Shown: positions 39,801 through 52,521 of the stretch, piece after piece
How positions within the stretch are numbered: the first letter of the stretch is position 1
Layout of the letters: each line of letters opens with the position of its first letter
Origin: Camelus dromedarius
Taxonomy: Eukaryota
Assembly: GCF_036321535.1 (NCBI RefSeq)
Contig: NC_087437.1
Coordinates: 4,588,001 to 4,652,000 of the forward strand
Reading direction: 5' to 3'
DNA length: 64,000 nucleotides
Translations under genes and position numbers: made by a program
The notes under the pieces: model-generated
The model's database searches: none
Seen by the model: the letters and a program-made list of their open reading frames with translations, nothing else
Told to the model about the DNA's origin: nothing

Positions 39801-41014
39801 TGTGTATTTTTTGGCTTATGTTTGTTCATTTTTAGTGCCCCTGATGAACTAGAGGGCCGAGGGGTTTGCATCCATCTGGTCACTGCGCTGTCCCCAGCAC
39901 AGAGTGGCCGTAATAATCATTGGTCAGGTGCATAATCAATACCACCTGTTCCACTGGGCCCAAACAAGCTCATGTGGCGGACTCTCTGCCAATGCCTCAC
40001 CACTGCTGCTGGCAGGTGGGGGCGGCACTGTTCCTGCAAGGCGCGGAGAGTAGTGTCTGGAGCAGGGCGCTCGCAGCTGGACACGTGCTCCCGGGAACAG
40101 TGCAGGAACAACTCTGCCCAGCACAGCTGTTCCAGAAGCTCCTTGGGAGTCCCTGAGAGCACCTGGTAACCTGAAGAGCTGGCAAACCTGGGAGCGGATG
40201 GCCCCGCCGCCCCAGAATCCCATCGCAAGGCCCAGAAGACGAGTTTGGGGACTGTCATCACAGCTGACGTGTACCCCAGTGCGGATTCTTGTGCTCATCA
40301 GCCCTCTGGGCTCAGTGACGGTGGTGGTGTTTGGGAATAGTTCTGGAGCAGTGAGACAGACTGTGGATATCTAGGTGAAATGGGAATGTACTAGAATGAT
40401 ACCAGGGGTTCACAGTTCCAGCTGGAGGGGCTGGCATGATTCAGCCAATGAAGCAAGGAAGTGTAGGCGAGAGGTGGTGAACCACGGGGCCAGGAGGGCC
40501 AGCCAAGAACGGTGTAGGGGCAGGAAATCCACCATTTCCCAGGACGTCAGGTGGCCCTGCCCTCTCGCTCCCACTCCTTCAGGGCTGCAAAAGGGCAGCC
40601 GTGTCTGCAGCAGGATATTCACGGATAAAGGAAGTCGGCCTGCTAAAAAACAGACGTGACGATGACATCTGCGTCACCCACCTCCGAAGGAGCACATCAA
40701 GCCAGGACCACAGGGGCAGAGTGGCGCCACATGTCTGGGCTGGTCCCACCTGGCAGCAAAGCAGGTGTCACAAGCCACAAGTGTTCAGGGACCAGCGTGT
40801 AGAAGGAAACGTGTGAGGCCAGCCGGGTGAGAGTGAACACAGAGGGCAGACACCTGTGCCAAGTGGAGATGGGGCACACCGGAGGCATCTTCCCCGAAAT
40901 GCACTTGTGGTGCGATGTTCTTCACTGCCCTGTATTTCTCTTCTTCAGTGTATCGATGGGATGGCTTCACTGGCGGGTTTCCTGATTTTGAATCGACCTC
41001 TAGTGGTATGAAGC

Positions 41015-41240
41015 TGCGGTTCTTCTAGGCTTGTGAGAGCCAGTTGTTTAATTTTCAGGAATTTTCAGGCCGGTTGAGGTCATGTTGATAGCTTAAAATT
41101 AGCACCATTTTTCGCCAGAAGCAAAATTAGCTGAAAATTAACTATGCTTAAAATTAATCACGGTGGGAATATTTACACCATGGGAACTGACAGGTGCTAC
41201 GAATCAGGCCCTTCGTCTTTCTGAGAGCGTAGCCAGCACA
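41015..41240. mobile_element. MER63-like hAT relic
   Basis: cttgtgagagccagttg...cacggtgggaatatttacaccatggga...gccagcacac. Confidence 0.5.
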
Positions 41241-41678
41241 CTCTGCTTGTGCTCTGAGATGCCCTGCACTTGGGCTTGGCCTTACTGTATTTTTATCACT
41301 GCTGGATTTTATTTTTAATCATAAATGAAATTTGGCTGTAGTTTTTTGCTTTTTTTTCCTTTTGCTTTGGGGGTACATTCTTTATCAGCTTTATTTCTTA
41401 AAGCTTTCCATATTTTTCTATGGCCCAGTTTAAATCTCTGATTTTCAATCATTCGTGGAGCATTTTTAAATGCAGGTACCCAGGCCATGCACCTGCTTAA
41501 TTAAATCAGAATCTCTGGTGGTGGGGCTCCAATGCCAGTATTTTTTAAAACTCCTCGGATAATTCGAATATTCAGCCAAGGTGGAGAACCACTGCCCTAG
41601 CCCAGTTCTTCTTAGTCATTAATATACATGCTGATCACCCCTTTATGTGGCTTAATGCTTATTAAAACACAGACTTGA

Positions 41679-41840
41679 GGGGAGGGTATGTATAGCTCAG
41701 TGGTAGAGTGCATGCTTAGCATACGCAAGGTCCTGGGTTCCATCCCCAGTACCTCCTCTAAAAATAAATAAGCAAACCTAATTACCTTCCCCCTAAAAAA
41801 AAAAATTAAAAAAAAAATTTTTAAGATTAAAAAAATAATA
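41679..41840 (+). mobile_element. tRNA-Ala-derived SINE within MER5-like relics (about 41440-41915)
   Basis: Intact head and tail; approximate TSD aaaacacagactt / aatatgcagactt. Confidence 0.9.
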
Positions 41841-42544
41841 ATATGCAGACTTTAATTTAGTAGGTCTGGGTGGGGCCAACCAGCTGGCCCTGGACCACAC
41901 TTTGAGTAGCAAGGACTTGAATAACACTGTCATCATCTGGGTTTTAAGGGTAGGATACAACTCATCACACAGCCATTTCAGCCTAATGCCTCTACAACAT
42001 CAAATCTTACTACTTTTCTAAATCTCTCCTGTAGTAGCTGATTTATTTACAATTTTCACTTCTCCCTATATCAATTTTGGTATTTTGCATTTTGTGAGAA
42101 ATCTATTTTTTCTAGATTTTCAAATTTACTGCCATAGAGTGACTAAATTTAATGTTTTTTTCATTATTTTAAACTCTCCCGTATCTGTAATTATAGCAAT
42201 TCAAATTCAGTAGCTTAAAAAAATATTAATCCAATCAACCAAACATCTGTGGGCTGGCTGATCCTCGGGCTTTCATTTGAGACCCTGCCGAAGACCCTCA
42301 ATTACTCCAGTCATTCCTCCAGGCTTTGAATTTAACTCCAGAAGATTCTGTTAAGACATATTACTGAAGAGGTAATCTCAGAAACAGTTTAAGAGCTGAA
42401 TTATGCTTAATAATGATGTAATTCAATCACTTTATATTAAGATGGGGAGACTGAGGCCCAGAGAGGTATATGATTTACACCTCTGACTGGAGCTCAACCA
42501 AGGTGAGAAGGTACATCGCCCACACATCCTTAGCATGGCTCCTA

Positions 42545-44755
42545 CTATTAAAACTAATAAATGAATTCAATAAAGCTGCAGGATACAAAAATCAATGTAC
42601 AGAAATCTGTTGCATTTCTATACAGTAATAATGAACTGTCAGAAAGATAAATTAAGAAAACAATCCCATTTACAATTAAATCAAAAAGAATAAAATACCT
42701 AGGGATAAATTTAACCAAGGAGGTGAAAGACATGGACCTGGAAAACTATAAGCCATTGATAAAAGAAACTGAAGATGACACAAATAATGGAAAGATACAC
42801 TGTACTCATGGATTGGAAGAATTAATATTGTTAAAATGACCATATTCACCAAGGCAATCTACAGATTGAATGCAATCCCTATCAACAGATCATTGGCATT
42901 TTTCACAGAAGTGGAAATAATCCTAAAACTTGTATGGAACTATGAAAGATGAATAGCCAAAGCAATCTTAGGAAAGAAGAAGAAAGCCGAAGGTGTCATG
43001 CTCTCTGATTTAAAACTATACTACAAAGCTATGATAATCAAAACTTTATGATACCAGCACAAAAACATATAGATGAATGAAACAGAATAGAGAGCCCAGA
43101 AATAAACACATACATATATACTCAATTAGTTACAACAAAGGAGGCAAGAATATACAGTTGGGAAAAGATGGTCTCTTCAATAAACAGTGTTGGGAGAATT
43201 AGACAGCTACATGCCCCCCAAAAAAGGCATAAAGAAACTGGACCACTGTCTTATGCTACATACAAAAATAAACTCAAAATGGATTAAAGATTTAAATGTA
43301 ACACCTGAAACCATAAAAATCCTAGAAGAAAACATGTGCAGTACCCTCTTTGACATTGATTTTAGCAGTATTTTTTTGGATTTATCTCCTCAGGCAAGGG
43401 AAACAAAAACAAAGATAAACAAATAAGACTACATCAAACTAAAAAGCTTTTGTGCAACAAAGGAAACCACCAACAAAATGAAACAACAACCTACTGAATA
43501 GGAGAAGATATTTGTAAACAATATATCCAGTAAGGGGTAATATTCAAATTACATACAGAACTCCCACATCAAAAAACCCACATAATCCATTTAAAAAATG
43601 GGCAGAGTACCTAAATAAATATTTTTCAAAAGAAGACATACAGATGGCCAACAGACAGATGAAAAGATGCTCAACATCACTAATCATCGGGAAATACAAA
43701 TCAAAACTACAAGGAGATATCACCTCGCACCTGTCAGAATGATATTATCTATTATTCTGTTATCAAAAAGACAAATATTGGCCAGGATATGGAGAAAAGG
43801 GAACCCTCACGCACTGTTGGTGGGAATGTAAACTGGTGCAGCCACTATGAAGCCAACATGGACGTTCTTCAAAAAATTCAAGATAGAACTATCATAAGAT
43901 TCAGTAATTCCACTTCTGGGTATTTATCTAACAAAATGAAAACACTAATTCAAAAAGGTATGAACCCCTATGTTCACTGCAGAGCACTGCTTACAATAAC
44001 CAAGATATGGAAGCAACCTAAGTGTCCATCAGTAGAGGAATGGATAAAGAAGATGTGGTATACATGGTTGACCCTTGAACAACATAGGTTTGAACTGCAT
44101 GGGTCCACTTATACGTGGATCTTTTTCAATAAATATGTACTATAGTACAGCATGATGTGCTGCTGGTTGAATCCGTGGATTCAACTGTGGGTTGAACTGT
44201 GGATACAGAGGGCCAACTGTGAAGCGGATTTTCAACTACATGGAGCGTTAGTGCCCCTAACCCCTGGGTTGTTGTTCAAGGGTTAACTGTACATACAAAG
44301 GAATACTACTCAGCCATAAAAAAGAATGAAATCTTGCCATTTGCAACAACATGGATGGACCTAGAGGGTGTTATGCCAAATGAAATAAGTAGACAGAGAA
44401 AGACAAATACCATATGGTTTCAGTTATATGTGGAATCTAAAAAAATAAACAAACAAAAACCAGCAGACTCCAATACAGAGAACAAACTGGTGGTTGTCGG
44501 GGGGCAGGGTTTGGAGAAAATAGGTGACATCGATTAAGAGGTACACAGTTTCACTTATAAAATAGGTTATAGAGATGTAATGTATAGCACAGGAAATATA
44601 GCAAATAATACTGCAATAACTTTGTATGGTGGCAGGTGGGAACTAGACTTAACCGTGGTGATCAATTCATAATGCATATAAATGGTGAATCACTATGCTG
44701 TCCGCTTGAAACTAACAAAACATTGTATGTCGACTATACTTCAATACAAAAAGGA
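42545..44755 (+). mobile_element. 5'-truncated L1 (about 2.2 kb) with nested Tigger-type MITE
   Basis: ORF2 peptides HTKINSKWIKDLNV, KIWKQPKCPSVEEWIKKMWY, PFATTWMDLEGVM; frameshifted. Confidence 0.93.
44065..44289 (+). mobile_element. Tigger2/MER8-like MITE
   Basis: TIRs tggttgacccttgaacaac (44065-44083) and gttgttcaagggttaactg (44271-44289), followed by TA. Confidence 0.85.
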
Positions 44756-44769
44756 ATAATAGTACAACT

Positions 44770-45360
44770 TCTATGGAAAAACTGCACTGAGTTGCCTCAA
44801 AAAAACTGAAAATAGAACTACCATATGACCCAGCCATCCTACTTCTGATTATACAGGCAAAAGAATTGGAAGCAGGATCTCTCAGAAGTATCTGTACCCC
44901 CATATTCATAGCAGCACTATTCACAATAGCCAGAGGGCAGAAGCAACCCAAATATCTATTGATAGATGAACCAAGTGTGGTATATCCACAAAATGGTACT
45001 TTATTTCAGCCTTAAGGAGCAAGGTAATTCTGTCACCTGCTACAACACAGACGAAGCTTGAAGACCTTATGCTCAGTGAGATAAGCCAGTCACAAAAAGA
45101 CAAAGAAGTGTATGATTCCAATGCTATGCAGTATCTAAAGTATTCAAATTCATAGAAATAGAAAGCAGAATGGGGGTGGCCAGAGGCTAAGAAAAGGGAA
45201 ATGTTATTTGATGGGTAGAGTTTCAGTTTTGCAAGATAAAAATACTCTGGGCCTCTGTTTCACAACACAGTGAGTACAGTTAACACTGTTGAACTATACA
45301 CTTAAAAATAGTTAAGATGGTAAATTTTATGTTTTTTTTTTTTACCAGTTGTGTAAAAAA
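44770..45360 (+). mobile_element. Older L1M 3' end
   Basis: aaaatagaactaccatatgacccagc...gagtttcagttttgcaagat...cacttaaaaatagttaagatggtaaattttatg. Confidence 0.8.
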
Positions 45361-45451
45361 AAAAAATAGATAGTGTTCATCAGCTACATTCTATTTCATC
45401 ATATGATGCACCTTGGTTGACTGAACTGTTCTTCTACAAGTCATTTAGACC

Positions 45452-45628
45452 AGGGGTCAGCAAACTTTTTCTTAAAGGACCAGAGAGCAATATTTTAGTC
45501 TCTGGTGTCATATTAGGAAAGGAGGCATAAACAGTGTGCACACAGGTGTGGCTGTGCTTCACAACTCCACTTACACAAATAGGAGAAGGGCTGAACTTGA
45601 TCCATGGGCCATAGTTTGCTGAGCCCCA
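45452..45628 (-). mobile_element. MER58A-like hAT element
   Basis: caggggtcagcaaactttttcttaaaggaccaga...gggccatagtttgctgagcccc. Confidence 0.7.
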
Positions 45629-46209
45629 GTTTAGACTGTTTCTAATACTTGCTATGATTCTTTTTAAGTGCTGCTAATGAACATCTTTATGAAAAAGTCC
45701 TTACATATATGTTAGCTTCTCTCTTAGGAAAGAGCCCTACAAACAGAGTCAATGGGAAAAAGCCCAGCCATTTCCAAGGTCTGTGACACACACTCCGGGG
45801 TGTGGCTGGACGCAGCTTCTGAACAGCTACCTGACCCTGACTCGGCACACCTGGAACCAGCCTTCCTGTATTTGGAAGCACACACCACCATGTTCAGCTC
45901 CCCCGAGCTGCCTTCGTTCCTCCAGATTCTTCAGGCCCTTGACACTTGGCAATCAAGCCCATCTATTTCCTGCTGAAATTGTCCACCAGTATGTGTGTGT
46001 GACCTTTGCCTTCTTGACCCGATGGGCTAATTGGCCCAGACATGCAGACTAAGCACACGCTCTTATTTCAGCTCCTTCTGGAAACCCCACTAAGATGACA
46101 GCAAAAGGATTTTTTATTGCACAAAACCATCGAGAGATGATAAAACGTGGGGGGCTTGAACACAGATGGATGAATAGCAGCTGACTTGGGAGACGAGACA
46201 CTGAATCTT

Positions 46210-46352
46210 TTCCATTTTTTTGTTTTATTTATTTACTTTTTGGAGGGAGAGATAATTAGGTTTATTTATTTATCTTAATGGCAATACCGGGGATTGAACC
46301 CAGGACCTCGTACATGCTAAGCATGTGCTCTACCACGAGCTATACCCTCCCT
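46210..46352 (-). mobile_element. tRNA-Ala-derived SINE
   Basis: Perfect 16-bp TSD cgagacactgaatctt at 46194-46209 and 46353-46368. Confidence 0.93.
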
Positions 46353-47034
46353 CGAGACACTGAATCTTAAGCCCCAAAATGCTAAGAAAGAGATGTCAGA
46401 AAGGGAGAGAACAGATTGTAAATGGTGACTTCAGGAAGTTTGACATTTTAATAGTACGAGTTCCAGAAAGAGAGAAAACACATGCAGGGTGTGTGTGTGT
46501 TGGTAGTGGTGGGGAGTCATTAAGAAAGTAATTCAAGTGAATTTCCCCGAGGGACTGAAGGATATGCATCCCCAAGGTCAAAGCATCCATGAAGGGTCAG
46601 CCCAACAGATGAAAATCCCCCACCCAAGGCTCCTCTCCGGGCACAAGGACCATCCTAGGACACCCATTCTCTTGTTCCTGGGAGGTGTCCATCCTCCAGC
46701 TCCTGCTGGGTAAGATTAAGGGATCAACAGGTATTTCTAGCAGATTTGTCACTAAGATTTTAGTTCATTCAACTTATGCGGTTTTGAAAGGAGTTCTAAG
46801 GATGCTAGATTATTATATTCTCAATGTAAAAGCAATATACACTCACTACAGAAAACATGGAAATTTCAAAAAAGTATAAAGAAGAAAAGGCATCAGCTTT
46901 GATTGAACAACTCTGAACTCTGTAATCATTTTGTTTTGGTTCCTTCTTGTGTGGGCTTTTTTTTTTTTTTAAGTATTATCTACTCATCCTTTTATAATGT
47001 TTATTATTAAACAAATAAAACTAAAACCATTCTT

Positions 47035-47418
47035 TGGGGGAGGGTATAGCTCAGTGGTAGAGTGCATGCTTAGCATGCAAGAGGTCCTGGGTTCAATCCC
47101 CAGCACCTCCATTAATAAATAAATAAACCTAATTACCTCTTACCCTTCAAAATAAGTAAGTGAAAAACAAACAAACAAACACCTAACACGTTAAAAAAAA
47201 AAAAAAAACTTGCTGCGTGGTATCTGGTAGTGTGGAGATACAGCTGTTGATTTAACCCCTCCCCTATGGACTGACATTTAGGGTATTTCCAATTTTCCAC
47301 TATCCTAAACAATGTAACACTGAAAATCTTTGTACACCCCTTTCATTGCATGTGGGCCATTCGTTCCCTAAGGCAGATTCTGAGAAATAAAAAAATAAAT
47401 AAAAATAAAAATTAAAAA
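47035..47418 (+). mobile_element. tRNA-Ala-derived SINE with extra 3' sequence and second A tail
   Basis: SINE about 47036-47208, extra segment about 47209-47383, A-rich tail to 47418; perfect TSD aaaactaaaaccattctt at 47017-47034 and 47419-47436. Confidence 0.9.
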
Positions 47419-47828
47419 AAAACTAAAACCATTCTTATATATAGCTTCATATTCTCGCTTACTTATATTGTATTATATAAGGAGCATTTTCTTATCACTA
47501 AAATTTTCAAAACTGTTTTAATGATTGCACAACATTCTCATTTATAGTATAATTTCTATAACTAACTTCTACTTTTAGACATTTGAGCTGCTGCTTTTCA
47601 CTGTTCTAAATAGCCCTGTGATGGAATCCTTCACATAAACATCTCTGATTATTTCCTTAAATTGATTTCCAAACATGGGATTACTGGATCAAAGGTTATG
47701 TTTAGATTTAATGGAATTTGCTACACAATGCCTGCTTGTGTTCTAGACCCGCGCTGTCCAATATAGTTGCCACTAACCCCACGTAGTTAGTTACATTGAA
47801 ATTTAAATGCAATTTAAGAATCACTTTC

Positions 47829-47995
47829 AGGGAGAGGTTAGAGCTCAGGGGTAGAGGGCATGCTTAGCATGCACGAGGTCTTGGTTGAGTTCAATCCCCA
47901 GTACCTCCATTTAAAAAAAAATTTTTAAATAAATACAATAAATAAAAATATAATTACCTCCCCATACCCCCTGTCAAGAAAAACCCCACCTACAT
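47829..47995 (+). mobile_element. tRNA-Ala-derived SINE inserted in a MER3-like element (about 47749-48130)
   Basis: TSD taagaatcactttc / taaaaatcactttc; host has gcgctgtccaata...agccacatgtggc...tggacagtgctg. Confidence 0.88.
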
Positions 47996-48247
47996 TAAAA
48001 ATCACTTTCTCTGCTGCATTGGCCACTAACTTTGTCCTCAACAGCCACATGTGGCTTGTGGCTACCACATTGGACAGTGCAGACCAAGGACACGTCTACC
48101 ATTTCAGAGGACTCTGGTGGACAGTGCTGTTTTAGAGAAGCCACACTTTCTGCACCTCCATAATCAGTCTGTTTCTTTACCAGCAATGGAGTATTGTTCA
48201 AGCTTCATCCATTTGATAGGGAAAAAGAGTCTCAGTTTAATTTTTGG

Positions 48248-48293
48248 TTATTTCTAATTAGTTAACCGTTTTATTTCTAATTAGTTAACCGTT
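48248..48293. repeat. Perfect 23-bp tandem duplication
   Basis: ttatttctaattagttaaccgtt x2. Confidence 0.92.
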
Positions 48294-49275
48294 TTGTCAG
48301 CAGCCGTACTCCTCTGGGAATTGCCTCGTTTTGCTGGGCTCCATGTTCTCCTAGACATGCTGGGAAGATGCCCCGAAGGAGCTGGCTGTCATGTTCTCGT
48401 CTCCACGGCCCCGCCCCAGCCCAGAGCAGGTGACGCTCCACTGTGAAAATGTGGAAATATCCTCTCCGAATGATGACAGCTGTCACACTTGGGGTTCCCG
48501 TGGCCTGCCTTCCTGTTTCTTTCCTCTGGTGCCGAGTGTTTGTGTTGGTTTCCCACCATCTCACTTTGGCTCAGTGACGATACGGCCGGGACCACCTCTC
48601 GGGGTGTGCCCGCACTCCCACCCTGTCCTCCCGCCAGAGTCACCCCACAGGGCCCTCTGCCCGGCTGGTACCCACTGAACACCATTTGGTGAAATGTTAC
48701 ACTCCTGAGAAGGGCAGGAAGGAAAAGTGAAAAAACAGCTAATTTTACTTCTGATGGAACGTTTGGTTCCAGTAGTGGCGCCTCTGTAAGTTTCTGTTAA
48801 ATATTTGCCCCCACAGCAAACACGGTCCTGGAAAACACTCTGTTGGTAGACACGATTTATTTCCCAGCTTCCCTCTCATGACTGACGACAGTGAAACAGG
48901 GGAGCAAAGGCTGTCACAAACGTCTGAACGATGTGCCAGGCAAACAAGGGTCCACGCTGCAGTCCCTTCGCTTGCTTTCTTCTCTGGCGGCAGGAAAAGC
49001 AAGTCCACAGAACGGTTCAAGGGTGAGGAGGAGGGAGGCCCTGCAGACCCCGTCAGAGCCTAAAAATGCTGCCTTCCATAGGCAATGCAGACTGAACGCT
49101 GGATAAAAGCACCCTGGCCTTCTTACCCCCCCAGTGAGGCCAGCAATGACCCTATGAGGTAAAGCTGACCCAGAAAACACATTTGTAGGCATTTTTCTTC
49201 AAAGACAACAAGAATGGACACATTTTAACCTCAAACAAGATGGGGTGGGGGCAGCCGATGGGAAGCGCTGGCACC

Positions 49276-49291
49276 TAGCGCCACCTTGTGG
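49276..49291 (-). promoter_or_regulatory. Candidate CTCF site
   Basis: Minus strand CCACAAGGTGGCGCTA closely matches the CTCF core motif. Confidence 0.6.
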
Positions 49292-51374
49292 TGGTGCATC
49301 CAAATCCCGGGCCCTTTCAAAGGCCCCCATGTTAAATACGACGGAAGAGAAGTTTGGGTTAAAAATCACAGGAGAGGTTGTTTTCTTGAGGAATACCATC
49401 GAACAGAAGGAGCTAGCACCTGACGGTAACCGTGCAGTAAGCAGAGCGCTCGGTGAACGGCGGCAGCGGCCTGTGCTGTGGTGGCAGGACCTTGGTCTTG
49501 GAAACGTGAAGCCCGGGGCTCAGGAAAGTTGGCTACACGTCTGGGGCGAGTCCTGGACTTGAGCCCAGATGTTCATATTCCAAACAGCGTAACATAATTA
49601 GCGGTGTTGGATGGAGTATATATCAAAAACTCGGCAGGAACCCGTGGTACCACAGAGCATGGTGCACGGTCTACGCCATGTGGCATCCTGTGCGCTAGAC
49701 TGCGTGTCAGCATATACACCACGCTACAGAGCACGGCGGTACTTCCGCTGCTTTCTGCAGTACTGGAAACCGGTACTCACTACCTTTCCGGGGCTGTTTT
49801 CTGTCTGGGAAGACAAGGCTATATTGGTGGACTCTGTACTCTACGATGTAGCAAATCCTGTCAGAGTTTTGCGACTAAATCAGCCGTGGCCTTGCTTTCC
49901 CAGACTCCCGGGGCCCCCAACCCAGAGAAGACCCTCTCCTCTGTCTTCATCTGGGCACAGTGATGGCGACACCACCCTGCTCCCCACTGTCTACTTTAAA
50001 TGTCCAGTTTTTAATCCAGCTCAGCCACTAGGAGCCAAGTGACACTGGGCAGACCTGGTGGAGCACAGTGAAAGGACCTCTGTGGAGGCTGCTGAGCAGC
50101 CTTCTGGGCTGAAGCTGGCTGTGGGTTCATGGGGGAGGTGCTGAGAGCAAAGAGCCCGGGGCGGGATGTGGGGCCTGGGGCTGGTCGTGGCTCTCCCCTA
50201 ACCAACTGCTCTGGGGCTGGGCTTGCCCCTCACTCAGTGAGGAGGCCTGTGAGCCCACACCCCCCACCCCGCCCCCACCCCAGGGCCACCTTCTGTACAG
50301 GTTGGTTTCAACAGACAACTCTGTTCTATTCCTTATCAGATTTGTTCTCACCTGGGACAGCCATCTTCCAGCCTTAAAAAGAAGGGGGAAGAATAAGTAA
50401 AGCAACAGACCAACGGGAGACAGGGGGTTCCTCTTGCTTCCCTGGACCTTGAGACACCCCCTCAAGAAGTCAGGGACAGACGGCAGGAGGACACCCAGCG
50501 AGCGTGCTGAGCCCACCACCTGTCCCTCTCCCCTCCAGGAGCCGGGGACGTAAGGCCATGACTGCTCCCCAGCCCCTCCGCGTGGGGACCATCCCCCTTC
50601 TGACGCGGTGGGTTTGAGCGCCCTAGCTGGCCGCATGTGCAGTCCAGACAACTCTGAAGACAGACGTTCTCATAAACAGCTTTTGCAAGAAGGGAAACAT
50701 AAAGGCTTACAGGATTAACTTTTGTCAGCAGAGCAAAGGAACTCTGATTTTATATTCTATAGAAAAAGTCTTTATATGGGAATGCCTGGGGAACAGGTCC
50801 GTGGACCAATTTCAGGATTTCTCGTGGTCCACTGCAACACTAGCCATGTGGTCACTACCTCCGAGCCACTGCCTCCTCATTTCCCAGTGGGGGTTGGGAC
50901 AGTCCGTCCGCTGTCTTCCTGGAAACACTGCATCGGGAGGATGGGGACAGGTGATGGCCTTCCCCTCTCTCCATCGGGGCAGGGTGGCCACAAACTGGCC
51001 CAATTACAGAGACTCTCAAGAATGAGGTAGGGAGCTACAGGGCATTCTTGAGAGACCACAAGTGGCACCTGAGGAATACTGGTCTTGAAGGGCACATGAA
51101 TGAGCGGAAGCAGAGAAAAATGGGCAAATATGAGACAATGGGAAGAGAAGTAAAGAGAACAATCCTTCAGGCTAACAATACACATGGATGTGCTATTTTC
51201 GTCTGTTTGGCCTCATTTTCTGCAGGGCTGTCTGACGTGCTGCCGGGAGGCCCACTCACAGAGTAACAAATGCTGAGGATCTAAGTGCCAGGGCCCTACG
51301 CTGTCCTCTGTGGAATCTCACACAAACCAGCTAAAATATGTTATGCCATAAAACTACCTTTTAGGCCTTGCAAT

Positions 51375-51380
51375 TTTATT
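51375..51380 (-). terminator. Probable METTL6 polyadenylation signal AATAAA
   Basis: tttatt on + strand about 150 nt past the stop codon, with a GU-rich element (ctggtttgtg) further downstream on the minus strand. Confidence 0.65.
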
Positions 51381-51532
51381 TACATTGCTATAATGCACAC
51401 ACATTTGCTTTTTAATATAAAAATTATATATCCTCATTTTAAAAAGTTAAGATATAAAAATACACAAAATACATAGAGTGACTTTAAACTTTCCTCTCCA
51501 AGGGGAGGCACAGATGCCGACCTCGGGAGAGG

Positions 51533-51714
51533 TCAGGACTCCCGGCCCAGGCCCGGGTCCCCAGGAACTGGGCTCTTGGGAGCCTTGCGGAACTTGCTCT
51601 GAAGGAAAACCCTGGGCACACGCAGGCCTTCTTTTTTATTCACCGTCTCACGAAACACGTACTCATTCACCTCTGCTTCGTAGCCCGTGTCCAGAAAGAG
51701 CTGCGCCAGGAAGT
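51533..51714 (-). CDS. METTL6: METTL6 last coding exon
   Basis: 182 nt, (D)FLAQLFLDTGYEAEVNEYVFRETVNKKEGLRVPRVFLQSKFRKAPKSPVPGDPGLGRES-stop; acceptor ctgtcttctag; the five exons sum to 855 nt with consistent phases. Confidence 0.96.
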
Positions 51715-52521
51715 CTAGAAGACAGGCAGATGGACGGCGCTTGCAGGCTGGACACCACCACACCACGGAGCGGCGGTGAGGGGGTGGGGGCCCAGAGCCT
51801 CGTCCTTAACAGAAGGAGAACCTCAGTGCTGAAAGCTAAAGCAGCTTCTGTTTTGGAAAGCTAACACACTCCTACTTCTCACTGGCTTACACCCAAACAG
51901 AAACCCCCAACTAAACAGGAACCAAAAAAAGTTTGAGGAAGACCTGGAGAAGCGCACCTTGCCCTGCAAGGATTCCCCAAGTATGAAAGTCTGAGTGAGA
52001 AACATGACTCTAAACTGGCTGGACTCGTACCAAGTGTGCGTGTGTTCAATCTGTCTACATCGAGAGCCTCATCCGTCTTAACACGAAGGAGGAGAAGCTG
52101 TGACCAGAGTGGGGAGAAAAATCACCCGATGGTGACACACCCTAAGGAAAAGCCAGTCCAAATAACACATCCCTACAAGTTAAATGAAACAACCAGACCG
52201 GCAACGCAGCGGGAACAAAGACTTGTGAAGGCATTGCTCCGAAGAATGTGTTCCGAAGCCCTCTGTAGGCATTACTGCCTCCTCTCAATTACTTACAGTT
52301 GGTTTAATCAGATTTCATGAATCTGAAACTTTAAAACAAATTTTTAATTTTCACCTGACATTTTTACTGTTTCGTAGTTTTATTGGTAATCACTCGTTTT
52401 TAGCTTTATTTTTAGAATCTAAGAGAATAGTTCATTTCAAGAAATACAAATGTTGTAAAAAAAACCAACCAAACAAAAAAAAACAGAGCTTAAGAAGGCA
52501 ATTATCATATGGTCCAGATCA

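Noticed and set aside
49611..50042. 143-aa ATG-initiated ORF downstream of METTL6
   Set aside because: No recognisable homology, promoter or splice structure; length is compatible with chance
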